From NCBI GenBank assembly GCA_023898465.1, contig CP060223.1:96001-160000 (forward strand): a stretch of 64,000 nucleotides of DNA, in the 5' to 3' direction. Positions 50,614 to 60,700 of this stretch are shown here, piece after piece. A program made the translations under genes and the position numbers. Under the pieces are notes generated by a model. The model worked only from the letters and a program-made list of their open reading frames with translations, was not told the DNA's origin and made no database searches. Numbering within the stretch: the stretch's first letter is position 1; every line of letters starts with the position of its first letter. This stretch comes from Candidatus Nomurabacteria bacterium (GTDB lineage Bacteria; Patescibacteriota; Patescibacteriia; HK-STAS-PATE-3).

Positions 50614-53600
50614 ATGAGTATGAAAAACGTTGTACCGGAAGGGGAATACAACCCAGCAAGTATTGAAGCAAAATGGCAGGAGCACTGGAACAAAAAACCA
50701 GATCAGGCTAAGGATTTTGCGCATGATCCAAAGCGCTATCTTCTCATTGAATTTCCTTACCCCTCAGGTGATGGACTGCATGTGGGGCATGTGCGAAGCT
50801 ATGCCGCTCTCGATGTGTTGGCGCGTTATTCTCGCTTAAAGGGTTTTAATGTGCTTTACCCCATCGGCTGGGATGCTTTTGGTTTACCCACCGAGAATTA
50901 TGCGATTAAGACTGGCGTACACCCACGTGTTGCGACTGATAAGAATATTGCCACCTTTCGCCGCCAGCTTAAGGCGCTAGGCCTTTCATTTGATTGGTCT
51001 CGAGAAGTGGATACAACAGATCCAAAATACTATCGATGGACACAGTGGATTTTTTTGCAGTTCTATAAGGCAGGCTTAGCCTATCAGGCAGAGATTCCTA
51101 TTAACTGGTGTCCAAAAGATAAAATCGGTTTGGCCAATGAAGAAGTGGTTGATGGCAAATGCGAACGCTGCGGCACTGAAGTAACGCGTAAAATGCAAAA
51201 GCAGTGGATGTTAAAAATCACCGCCTATGCAGATCGCTTACTACGTGATCTCGATACAGTTGAGTACGTTGAAAAAATTAAAACACAGCAGAAAAACTGG
51301 ATAGGTAAGAGCGAGGGTGCTGAAATATCTTTTCAAATAGCTAGTAAGGAGTCGCAAAAACCTCGCTTCGTACTTCTCCATGGTTTTCAGGGCTCAGCTA
51401 AAGGTAACTTTTTCCCATGGCTAAAAGATGAGTTGGTCGCAAAGGGCTATGAGGTGGAAGTACCTGAATTACCAAACAGCGCTCATCCGACTGAAGAGGA
51501 ACAGGTAAGTTATGTACTTGAACATTGTCGCTTTGATGAAAACACCATCGTGTTTGGTCATTCGCTTGGTACAGTCGTGGCCATGAAGGTTATAGAAAAG
51601 CTTCCCACAAAAGTAGCTGGCTTGGTTATGGCCGGTGGATTTACCCAGGCTGATTTTTCTGATCACGATCGACCATTCCGCGATACCTTTACATGGAATT
51701 TTGATTTCCAGGCGATTCGAGATAAAGCAGGTTTTATAAAAGTGCTACATGACGTGCATGATGATGCCGTGCCCGAGGGAGCTGGAGAGGCTTTAGCAAA
51801 AGCGCTCGAAGTGCCGTGCTACAAGGTGACCGCAAATGAAGAGCATTTCTGCGCAAAGCAAGAGCCTTATCTATTAGCGCATCTCATGCCAAACACACTT
51901 TTGGTTGGTACGCAAAATCAGGCAAAGGTGGAAATGCTTCGACGAGCATTGGCCCCTTACCCAAATATTCACCTCATCAGTTTAAGTGATATTGGTAAGG
52001 TCGATGATCAGGCTTTAGTAGAGGGCGATGACTTTCGTGCTAATGCAAAAATGAAAGCAGATTTTTATCACCGAGCCACAGGTTTACCAACCATATCGAC
52101 GGATCATATTCTTTGGATAGAGAAATGGCCTGAGGATAATGGCTTCATTACGCATATTCGCAAATTAGCAAATCCGAAATCTGGACGAGCAACAGATGAA
52201 GAACTAGCAGAATGGATAAAAAAATTTATCGATAAAAATGGTGAGTCGCGTACAGCCTTTCATTATGCTATTGGTTATGCCGATGAGAAGGGAGTGCAGG
52301 GCTTTGTGAGTATTCAGCGCGAATACATGTTGAAGGCTAATCCGGCTAAAGCACGATGGGAAGGCTATGCGGTCGGTGCATTTTTGCGTGACCCCGTGAC
52401 TGATGCGTATCGAGAAGAGATGCCCGCAGAGATCGCTTTTGATCGCTTCTTCGCCACAGTGCGCAATGAAATTGTGCCGCAGGTTTTCGATATGAGCACC
52501 TTGACGGTCTTTACCACACGACCCGATACCATCTTCGGTGTCACGTATATGGTTGTAGCCCCTGAACATGAACTCCTTGCCAAGTATCAATCACACATTA
52601 CAAATTGGGATGAAGTTCAAAAGTATGTGCGAGAGGCCGCCAAGAAATCCGATATGGAGCGGACCGAGTTGGCCAAAGAAAAAAGTGGCGTTGAGCTCAA
52701 AGGTATTCAGGCAGTAAATCCGGCAAATGGTGAAGTAATCCCGATTTGGGTAGCTGACTATGTGCTGAGTTCTTATGGCACCGGAGCGATAATGGCTGTG
52801 CCGGCGCATGATCAGCGAGACAATGAGTTTGCAAAAAAGTACTCCCTGCAAATAAGAGAAGTAGTAAGAGGTTTTAATCGTGTAGGAGAGAAAAAAGATA
52901 TTGTATATTCTGGCGAGGGGGTCCTAGTAAATTCTCAGGACTTTGATGGAGAAAAAAGCGAAGACGCAAAAAAGAACATTGTAAGGTGGTTAGAAGAAAA
53001 AGGACTCGGTCATTCAGCAGTCAATTTTAAACTTCGCGACTGGGTATTTTCACGTCAGCACTACTGGGGCGAGCCGATTCCGATTATTCATTGTCCTAAG
53101 TGCGGAGCTGTTCCAGTGCCGGAGAAAGACCTACCAGTGGAATTGCCTCATGTAGAAAAATACCAACCCACTAATACTGGGGCTTCACCATTAGCTGCGA
53201 TCGAGGATTGGGTGCAGGTGAAATGTCCGAAGTGTAAGGGCGAAGCGAGTCGAGAAACCGACACCATGCCGAATTGGGCCGGGAGCTCGTGGTATTTCCT
53301 GCGCTATTCGGATCCGCACAATAGTAAAGCCTTTGCTGATAAGAAAAAGCTAGAGTATTGGCTGCCGGTGGATATTTACAATGGTGGCAATGAGCACACC
53401 ACCCTCCATTTACTCTACTCGCGTTTCTGGCATAAGTTTTTATTTGATCAGGGCTTGGTACCAACTCCAGAACCATACCAGCATCGTCATTCGCATGGGA
53501 TTGTGTTAGCTGAGGATAATCGCAAGATGTCAAAGAGTTGGGGGAACGTGGTCAATCCGGATGATTATGTGCAGGAGTACGGTGCAGATAGCGTGCGCAT

Positions 53601-54198
53601 GTACGAGTTATTTATGGGACCATTTGAGGATATGATTCCGTGGTCAACCAAGGGTATCGTGGGTGTGCATCGCTTCTTAAATCGTGTGTGGGAACTTTAT
53701 CGTAAAGTTACAGAAGAGACGGCCCAAGTAACAGAAGAGAGGGACATTCACAAAGCTGTGAAAAAGGTTGGGGAAGACCTCGAGGCTTTTCGTTTCAACA
53801 CCGCGGTGAGCACTTTGATGGAATATTTTAATCACTTCCGTGATGAAGTGCAGCAGGGTAGGCTCGATAAAGAAGCAGCAGAAAAGTTTCTCGTGATCCT
53901 TTTCCCATTTGCGCCGCACCTTGCCTCAGAGCTCTGGGAGCAGTTAGGAAAGAAGAGCGATATTCGCGAACAATCATGGCCAAACTTTGATCCAAACGCT
54001 TTACAAGCGGAGACCGTCACGATCGGTGTGCAGATTAATGGCAAAGTGCGCGCCTCCATAAGCCTTTCACCAGAAGCAAGCGAAGCAGAAGCGCTGGAGC
54101 TAGCCTTAGCCGAAGAAAATATTCAACGCTATCTTCAAAAGGGACAGCCCAAGAAGGTTATTTATCGTGCAGGAAAAATTCTCAATCTGATCGCCTGA
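50614..54198 (+). CDS. leuS: Leucyl-tRNA synthetase carrying a ~385 aa insertion (YdeN/RBBP9-like serine hydrolase plus Ham1/ITPase-like domain) at about aa 243-627, nt 51340-52495.
   Basis: HIGH (HVGHVRSY), KMSKS, CP1 editing domain TTRPDTIFGVTYMVVAPEH, C-terminal tRNA-binding domain. The insertion lies between KNWIGKSEGAEISF and TVFTTRPDT, where E. coli LeuRS has about 9 aa. Confidence 0.93.
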   Translation: MSMKNVVPEGEYNPASIEAKWQEHWNKKPDQAKDFAHDPKRYLLIEFPYPSGDGLHVGHVRSYAALDVLARYSRLKGFNVLYPIGWDAFGLPTENYAIKTGVHPRVATDKNIATFRRQLKALGLSFDWSREVDTTDPKYYRWTQWIFLQFYKAGLAYQAEIPINWCPKDKIGLANEEVVDGKCERCGTEVTRKMQKQWMLKITAYADRLLRDLDTVEYVEKIKTQQKNWIGKSEGAEISFQIASKESQKPRFVLLHGFQGSAKGNFFPWLKDELVAKGYEVEVPELPNSAHPTEEEQVSYVLEHCRFDENTIVFGHSLGTVVAMKVIEKLPTKVAGLVMAGGFTQADFSDHDRPFRDTFTWNFDFQAIRDKAGFIKVLHDVHDDAVPEGAGEALAKALEVPCYKVTANEEHFCAKQEPYLLAHLMPNTLLVGTQNQAKVEMLRRALAPYPNIHLISLSDIGKVDDQALVEGDDFRANAKMKADFYHRATGLPTISTDHILWIEKWPEDNGFITHIRKLANPKSGRATDEELAEWIKKFIDKNGESRTAFHYAIGYADEKGVQGFVSIQREYMLKANPAKARWEGYAVGAFLRDPVTDAYREEMPAEIAFDRFFATVRNEIVPQVFDMSTLTVFTTRPDTIFGVTYMVVAPEHELLAKYQSHITNWDEVQKYVREAAKKSDMERTELAKEKSGVELKGIQAVNPANGEVIPIWVADYVLSSYGTGAIMAVPAHDQRDNEFAKKYSLQIREVVRGFNRVGEKKDIVYSGEGVLVNSQDFDGEKSEDAKKNIVRWLEEKGLGHSAVNFKLRDWVFSRQHYWGEPIPIIHCPKCGAVPVPEKDLPVELPHVEKYQPTNTGASPLAAIEDWVQVKCPKCKGEASRETDTMPNWAGSSWYFLRYSDPHNSKAFADKKKLEYWLPVDIYNGGNEHTTLHLLYSRFWHKFLFDQGLVPTPEPYQHRHSHGIVLAEDNRKMSKSWGNVVNPDDYVQEYGADSVRMYELFMGPFEDMIPWSTKGIVGVHRFLNRVWELYRKVTEETAQVTEERDIHKAVKKVGEDLEAFRFNTAVSTLMEYFNHFRDEVQQGRLDKEAAEKFLVILFPFAPHLASELWEQLGKKSDIREQSWPNFDPNALQAETVTIGVQINGKVRASISLSPEASEAEALELALAEENIQRYLQKGQPKKVIYRAGKILNLIA

Positions 54199-55385
54199 TG
54201 TCACATCATTTTCCACATACGCAAAGTTTAGAGTATTCGCTTCGACGAGAAGTGACCGAAATTTATCTCAGCGTGACAATCAAGCACTTTGGCTTGGCGC
54301 TTTTGTCAGTCTTCGAGGTCATTTATCTTTTCGAGTGGTTTGGATCTTCTCTAGCTTTATTGCTCTTATTCTACGGCATGAATTATGTGCTGCACGCGCT
54401 TTTTACTCCTTTTGCTGCCATGCTCGTAAATCGGATTGGCGTGAAAAAGAGTATCCTCCTGGCCAATCCATTTATTATACTGTTTTTCGTTTCATTACTT
54501 TTTCTACCTAGCTGGCCCTGGTTAATTATTCCTGCATTACTCAGTATCGCGATTTATCACGCGATTTTTTGGTTGGCCTTTCACATTGATTTTTCGCGAT
54601 TTGCCAATCCAGAGCACCGAGGTCGGCAGACGAGCATGCTCCTTGCTATACCAATGATTGCGCACGCCATTGGGCCTTTGCTCGGGGGCTTTCTTATTAC
54701 AGAGTTCGGCTTCTCAGTGCTTTTTCTCGTTGTCATTATTTGTTTAGGAGTTTCCGTTCTTCCGCTTTTCTTTTCTCGAGAGGTACATGAGCCATTTCAC
54801 TTACACTGGCGACAGACTTTTCACTACGCTTTTTCTTTTCGTCATTGGCGCCGGAATCTTGTTTTTATAGGCGATGGCATTAGCGGAAAGATTAGCGTTG
54901 TTGTGTGGCCGGTTTTTCTTTTTCTCGCCATTACAAATTTTGTTGACTTAGGTGTTATTAATTCCGTAGCCTTTTTACTCACGCTATTGATGGGTTTATA
55001 TATTGGACATTTGACTGATTCGCCACGTCGCCGAGTGGTTTTGACTCTTGGGGCAATTTTTACTTCCTTTGGCTGGCTTGCCCGAATTTTACTCAAAACA
55101 CCTTGGCAACTTTTTGCCTTTGACGCATATGGTCGGGTTTCTCGCCGGATCATTGATGTACCCTATAATGCACTTTTTTATAAAAGCGCCTATGAACATG
55201 GCGAAAATAAAGCAGCTTTTATTGCTTCCTACGAAATAGTAACAAATCTTTTCGGTGGATTTTTCCTTATTCTCCTCGCGGCATTAGCAAATATGGTGGA
55301 TCCCTTTATTGCCGCTTTTGTTACCGCTGGTATTTTTACGGCCTTTTTCCCAATTATGCCTGACAGTAATAAGAAGGAAAAATAA
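54198..55385 (+). CDS. MFS-type transporter.
   Basis: About 12 TM helices. ATG overlaps the leuS stop (ATGA). Confidence 0.6.
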   Translation: MSHHFPHTQSLEYSLRREVTEIYLSVTIKHFGLALLSVFEVIYLFEWFGSSLALLLLFYGMNYVLHALFTPFAAMLVNRIGVKKSILLANPFIILFFVSLLFLPSWPWLIIPALLSIAIYHAIFWLAFHIDFSRFANPEHRGRQTSMLLAIPMIAHAIGPLLGGFLITEFGFSVLFLVVIICLGVSVLPLFFSREVHEPFHLHWRQTFHYAFSFRHWRRNLVFIGDGISGKISVVVWPVFLFLAITNFVDLGVINSVAFLLTLLMGLYIGHLTDSPRRRVVLTLGAIFTSFGWLARILLKTPWQLFAFDAYGRVSRRIIDVPYNALFYKSAYEHGENKAAFIASYEIVTNLFGGFFLILLAALANMVDPFIAAFVTAGIFTAFFPIMPDSNKKEK

Positions 55386-55999
55386 TGCGACGCTTGCTAA
55401 TCCATGACCCAGAAGCATTATCTACTGCTGTTCGTGCGCTCAAAAACGGACAACTTATTATCTATCCTACTGACACTGCCTATGCTATTGGCGCAGATGC
55501 GACAAATGCGGCGGCTGTCCGGGCAGTCCAACAAGTGAAACAGCGTAGCGAGGCAAAACCACTTCCATTAATTGCTGCTGATAGTGCCCAAGTTGCTCAG
55601 GTGGCTATTTTACACCCTGATGAAGAGCTGCTGGCGAAGAAACATTGGCCCGGTCCGCTCAGCCTCTTACTTGACCGGAAAGGTGGATTACCAGAAGAAG
55701 TCACGTTAGGCCTGCCAAAAGTAGCCATTCGAGTACCACATATGCCGTTTGCTCGTGAGTTAGCCTTGCGACTCGGTCATCCAGTTGTGGCAACTTCAGC
55801 AAATATGGCTGGCATGGGCCCAAAGTATGATCCTGATGAGGTGCTGCATGAGCTAGTAAATAATAACCACAGCCCGGTCGTACTGATAGACGGAGGAGTA
55901 TTAGCAGAAGTACCGCCCTCAACCATTGCGGAGTGCCATAACGGAGAAGTGAAGATACATCGTCAGGGGCCAATTGTGATCCCGGGCGCCACAATATGA
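55385..55999 (+). CDS. tsaC: L-threonylcarbamoyladenylate synthase (YrdC/Sua5 family).
   Basis: LIIYPTDTAYAIGADATNAAAV...KPLPLIAAD motif set. Confidence 0.8.
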   Translation: MRRLLIHDPEALSTAVRALKNGQLIIYPTDTAYAIGADATNAAAVRAVQQVKQRSEAKPLPLIAADSAQVAQVAILHPDEELLAKKHWPGPLSLLLDRKGGLPEEVTLGLPKVAIRVPHMPFARELALRLGHPVVATSANMAGMGPKYDPDEVLHELVNNNHSPVVLIDGGVLAEVPPSTIAECHNGEVKIHRQGPIVIPGATI

Positions 56000-56823
56000 G
56001 CGTGTATTCGCCAACTCAGTTGCAAGCCCTTTGCCGTCAATTTGGCATACGGCCTCAGCGACGTCGCGGGCAAAACTTTGTTATTGATCAACATTTGATT
56101 GATCGTATGCTGCAAGCGGCTGAAATAGACTCCGAGCATCCGATATTAGAAATTGGGCCGGGTTTTGGCGTTTTAACAGAAGCATTAGTGCAAAAAGCGT
56201 CTCAGGTAATAGCAATTGAACTAGAAAAAAAGCTAGCTGAACATTTGCAAAAGCGTTTTTCTTCCCAAAAAAATTTGACCATAGTGCAGAATGATTTTCG
56301 TTTTACTGATCTTGCTGCGCTGGGTCTCCAAGAGGCGGCATATGATGTAGTGGCTAATTTGCCGTATCAAATAACCTCCTTAGTTATTCGGCGTTTATGT
56401 AGCACGCATCCTCGTCCACGTCGTATCACCCTGCTCGTGCAAAAAGAAGTAGCTGAAAGGATTATTGCGCCATCAGGAGAGGCAAGCACGTTAAGTATTG
56501 CGGTGGCTTTTTATGCTCAGGCAAAGCTGGTCAGAACCGTTTCTCCGGCAGCTTTTTGGCCGCGGCCTCAGGTGAAATCAGCTATTCTGCGTCTTGATTT
56601 GCATAGTACCATTCCAAATGTTGACGAAAAACGCTTTTTCTCCATTGTGCGTTCGGCCTTTCAAGGTAAGCGCAAAAAATTGCGCAATTCACTTGCTTCA
56701 GTACTCGGAGTTGAACCAATAAAAGTCGAGGAAATATTGAGAAAACAGGGTATAAATCCAGAAGTACGAGCTCAAGATCTCTCACTTGAGAACTGGTTGA
56801 CAATCGCACAAGAAAAGCTTTGA
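55996..56823 (+). CDS. rsmA: 16S rRNA (adenine1518/1519-N6)-dimethyltransferase.
   Basis: GQNFVIDQHLIDRM...ILEIGPGFGVLTEAL SAM motif. Confidence 0.9.
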   Translation: MSVYSPTQLQALCRQFGIRPQRRRGQNFVIDQHLIDRMLQAAEIDSEHPILEIGPGFGVLTEALVQKASQVIAIELEKKLAEHLQKRFSSQKNLTIVQNDFRFTDLAALGLQEAAYDVVANLPYQITSLVIRRLCSTHPRPRRITLLVQKEVAERIIAPSGEASTLSIAVAFYAQAKLVRTVSPAAFWPRPQVKSAILRLDLHSTIPNVDEKRFFSIVRSAFQGKRKKLRNSLASVLGVEPIKVEEILRKQGINPEVRAQDLSLENWLTIAQEKL

Positions 56824-56848
56824 CGTAGCGGGACGAAAGTGCTATAAT
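56820..56848 (+). promoter_or_regulatory. Sigma70 promoter upstream of the 56887 and giant-protein genes.
   Basis: TTGACG, 17 nt spacer, TATAAT. Confidence 0.6.
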
Positions 56849-56886
56849 GATGGGGATTTCAAAAGGATTTTTTTCACTACACGATT

Positions 56887-57759
56887 TTGGCTTTTCAGGG
56901 GGAACAACCAGGGGAGAATGACAATACAAAGCTTTTCAATAATGCCCCAGAGCAAGGTAATCAGGTTCCGCCTGAGCAAAGTGGCTCGCGGGGCTTTTTT
57001 ATTGCGTTAATTTCCTTTGGCGCAGTTGGGCTTTTGCTCGGAATTGTGAGCTTGGCAAAGAATATTCAGTCACCTTTTGTACCAAATGCCAACCTCATTG
57101 CGGTGCAGCAGGACACCAATCAAGAAAACATCTCTGATTTGCAGCAAAGAGACACGGATGGAGATGGGTTAAGTGATTACGAAGAACTTTATCAATACAA
57201 CACTAGCCCGTATTTAGCTGATTCTGACTCGGATACCATTGATGATAAGAAAGAAATCGAGAGTGGAAACGATCCGAATTGTCCAAGTGGCCAGGATTGT
57301 ACCGGATTAGGCGTAAATACAAACACGAGTACAGTTGACGATGCATTGGGGCTTACTAATAGCTCCACCAATACATCCGCGACAAATACCAGTACGAGCA
57401 CGAGTGCGGTTGATATGGCACAGTTGCGTGAAGTGTTAAAGGCCTCGGGTGCTCCTGCCTACGTCGTGGATTCAACCGATGATGCTACTTTGCTTGAGCT
57501 TTACAACGAATTAGTAGCTGAGCAGGGTGGTGACTCGCTTGATACCAACTCGACAGATACAAATGCGAGTAACACGTCGACTGTTGATGACGCTACCACC
57601 TTACAACTTCTGCAAAGCTTATCAGCCAGCGAGATACGCGCACTTCTCATTCAAAGTGGCGTTGATCAATCATTAATCGATCAAGTAGACGATTCTGAGC
57701 TGCAGCAAATATTCCTTGATGCAGTGCAATCCGAGTTTTCCTCTGACTCCTCATCATGA
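56887..57759 (+). CDS. Secreted/anchored acidic Ser/Thr/Asp-rich protein with a thrombospondin-type-3-like Ca-binding repeat.
   Basis: TTG start. TM FFIALISFGAVGLLLGIV. DTDGDGLSDYEELYQYNTSPYLADSDSDTIDD. Confidence 0.5.
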   Translation: MAFQGEQPGENDNTKLFNNAPEQGNQVPPEQSGSRGFFIALISFGAVGLLLGIVSLAKNIQSPFVPNANLIAVQQDTNQENISDLQQRDTDGDGLSDYEELYQYNTSPYLADSDSDTIDDKKEIESGNDPNCPSGQDCTGLGVNTNTSTVDDALGLTNSSTNTSATNTSTSTSAVDMAQLREVLKASGAPAYVVDSTDDATLLELYNELVAEQGGDSLDTNSTDTNASNTSTVDDATTLQLLQSLSASEIRALLIQSGVDQSLIDQVDDSELQQIFLDAVQSEFSSDSSS

Positions 57760-60700
57760 TTCTGCCTTCTGAGCAATCAAAGAAGAAAAAGAGCGTGCGA
57801 GCAATCGCTAGTTTTCTGTTGCCAATGGTTTTACTGGTGACAGTGTTGGGAGTTGCCTTACCACGAGAAAGCAAAGCTCAAATTGGCGCAGTTGGCAGTT
57901 TGGCGGGATTTATTTGGAAGGAAGTAAAAGATTCAGCCCGTTATATTGCCACGCAGGCAAAAGCTGCTTTTGAAAAAGCTCAGGATACCAGTTACGCCAT
58001 TGCGTTTAAGAATAGCTTACGAGTTTTCTTAGGTAAGGTGGCAGAAGATACCGCCGTGTGGGTTTCCAGTGCCGGGACGGGCCAAAAGCCGCTCTTCATC
58101 ACTGATCCGCATTATTGGCGAAATTTGACCGATGCGGCTGGCGGCGACTTTTTGGATTCTATTTCCAAAGATGTTTTTGGAGTAAGTCTGTGTGAGCCGC
58201 TCGATGTGCAAAAGAAGGTTCAACTAGAAATTGCCACCCGCAATCTTATCAATCCTTTAAACGTGTGTGAGAACAGTTGTAACACGACATACAACAATAC
58301 AGCCGAGCAGCTAGGGAACATGAAATCGTATCTTGATCTTCAAGAACGTAAATCACAAGCAAGTCCGAATGCGCTTACCTATTGTCCTGATGAAGAGTTT
58401 CTGCTTGGCATTAGCACTCCAGACAATCCGAATGATCCCTCAACCTATGGCACACAGATGTCAGAGCTTGAGTGTTTTCAACTCATCTCAAACAACTACA
58501 ATCGTCGAAGGCAGCAGGCGACTTCAGAATTGACCTCATGTTTGCAAGATTGTAATCGCGGATCTCGTAAGTCATCCTGTACCGCAACCGCAGTATGGGG
58601 AAACATTCGAGACATTCAGGATTTCTCAGTAGAATTTCAAACTTACTTTAAGCCTGAGCAAAATGATATTGGTCAGATTCTTACCCTTTTCGGCTTGACT
58701 CAGCAAGCAGAAGAAGAGGCGAAGATTGCCGAAGAGACAATTCAGAATAGTAAGTTAGGCGCGGTAACTTCAACGCTTCGTACAGACATCCTTACCCCGG
58801 CCAGCTTGGTAGAAGAAAAAGCAGCCCAGCCTATTCGAGAGTCTTCAACAATTGATACTACGCAAACCGGATCCTTACTCGCTGATGTGGGTAATATTTT
58901 TGCGAACACCTTAACGCAGCGTTTAATGGAGAGATTCTTCCGCAGTAAGTGTGGATTAAATCCAAGCGCATGCGAGGGCCCAGGCCAAACAGACTCCAAA
59001 CTCGGCTCCTTACTCTTTAGCACACGGACTCCAAGCGGTCTGGCAGCTGCGCGACTCCAGTTCGCCAGCTTAGCTCGAATCGATTACACAACAGGAGATC
59101 CAGGTCGTTCACAAATAGCAGTATCAAATCAATTAGAAGCGCAAGGTATAATTAATTCCGGTTTCCGACAGGCTATTGATGAGCACATGACAGTGCGAGA
59201 AGCGTTGAACGCCGGCTTGCTAAATGCCAGCGCAACCTTTGGCTACGACGAAACAGACAATGAAGCGGAAAATGGAATTCCATACCGCTCCATCCTTTAT
59301 CTGCGTAAATATCGAGTCGTCCCTGTTGGCTGGGAGTTGGCCGCTGTGTATATCGGTTCAGATGCAGATAGACAGTCACATGGCTTAGGCGAACTCGTCG
59401 ACCTCTATGATTGGTGTGGACAGGACGCTGCACATGGTTTACCAAATCCAGATGATCCAGAGACACCATTGCCTTCACCATTCTGCGGATTGGTTGACCC
59501 GAGTTGGGTATTAAAAGCTCCTGACACGTACTGTCGACGTCAGGGCGCTGGTGATGAAATTATCCAACGTCGCTATGTGTGTGACACTGATACCAATGGC
59601 GATGGTCGAATTAATTGTAGCCTGAGCGATTTGGGTGGAGGGGATATTGGCTCCTGGATTATTTCACGAAATCAAGATACCTGCGTTGATGAGCCTAGCT
59701 GTGTGGCCGAAGATAGTGATGGGAATTGTCTCGCCTATGGATATTGCTATGAAGAAAAGCCGATTTGGCGTTTCGGCGGTGAAACCTGTAACGGGTACTA
59801 TGCTTCTTGTCGATCTTATACAAATTCAAGTGGCATTCAACTCGCTTACTTAAAAGATACCCTTGATGAGGGCGATTGTAATCCAGAGAATGCCGGTTGT
59901 CGCGCGTACTGCAGCGATGGCGAATACAATGCCGTAAATCAGACCTGGAGTTGTCGCTCTGATTCAGGTGATACTATATACTTTGATCGGGACGCGAGCT
60001 CATGTCCAGATGGTGCGGTTGGATGTACTGAATTAATTCGCACCGAAGCTGGATCAAACGTTTTAGCAAACGCTGGATTTGAATACTATACAGGTACCAG
60101 CGATGACGGCACTCGAGATACTTTTGGCTTCTGCAGTAATAATGGCGCTGCCTGTCAAACCAATGGAGACTGTGGACTCGGGGCAAGTTGTGAAGGTTGG
60201 AAAACTGATAACGGTGCCGTCCAACTACAAGCAGTCAGCGATGATGTGAGTGGCGTTGGTTCACCAGACACCATTGCAGTGCAAATGAGCGCCGGGGTTG
60301 GCAAGCTCATTCACGAAGCTGATGCCTATCAAGATTTGAGCGGCATGCAGATGACTTTCTCATACTACGCAAAAGCGCTTGGAGCAAGTTGTAGCGGCAC
60401 CTTTGGCGTACAAAGCGCTGATGCAATTTATGTGCCAGCCGCTGATGAAGAGGGTAGCGCTGAGTACACCGATCTCTGGCAGCAATATGCTGGAGTCTTC
60501 ACCTTCCCAGAATCAGCTTATACTAAGAGTAAGGTGCAGGCGTACATAAATAATCCGGGCTGCGGTATTTTGGTTGACTCAGCTAAATTAGAATTTAGTG
60601 CTGCGCAAACAGTGTACTCGGATTATCAGACGGTGAATGAAATTTCCATGCAAGTTCCACAGACCACTCTGCTGTCCAACGGAGACTTCAGCTTAGATGA

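Noticed and set aside
51340-52495. Intein in LeuRS.
   Set aside because: The insertion lacks N-terminal Cys/Ser plus C-terminal His-Asn splice junction residues and instead matches two ordinary hydrolase folds. It is treated as a domain insertion.
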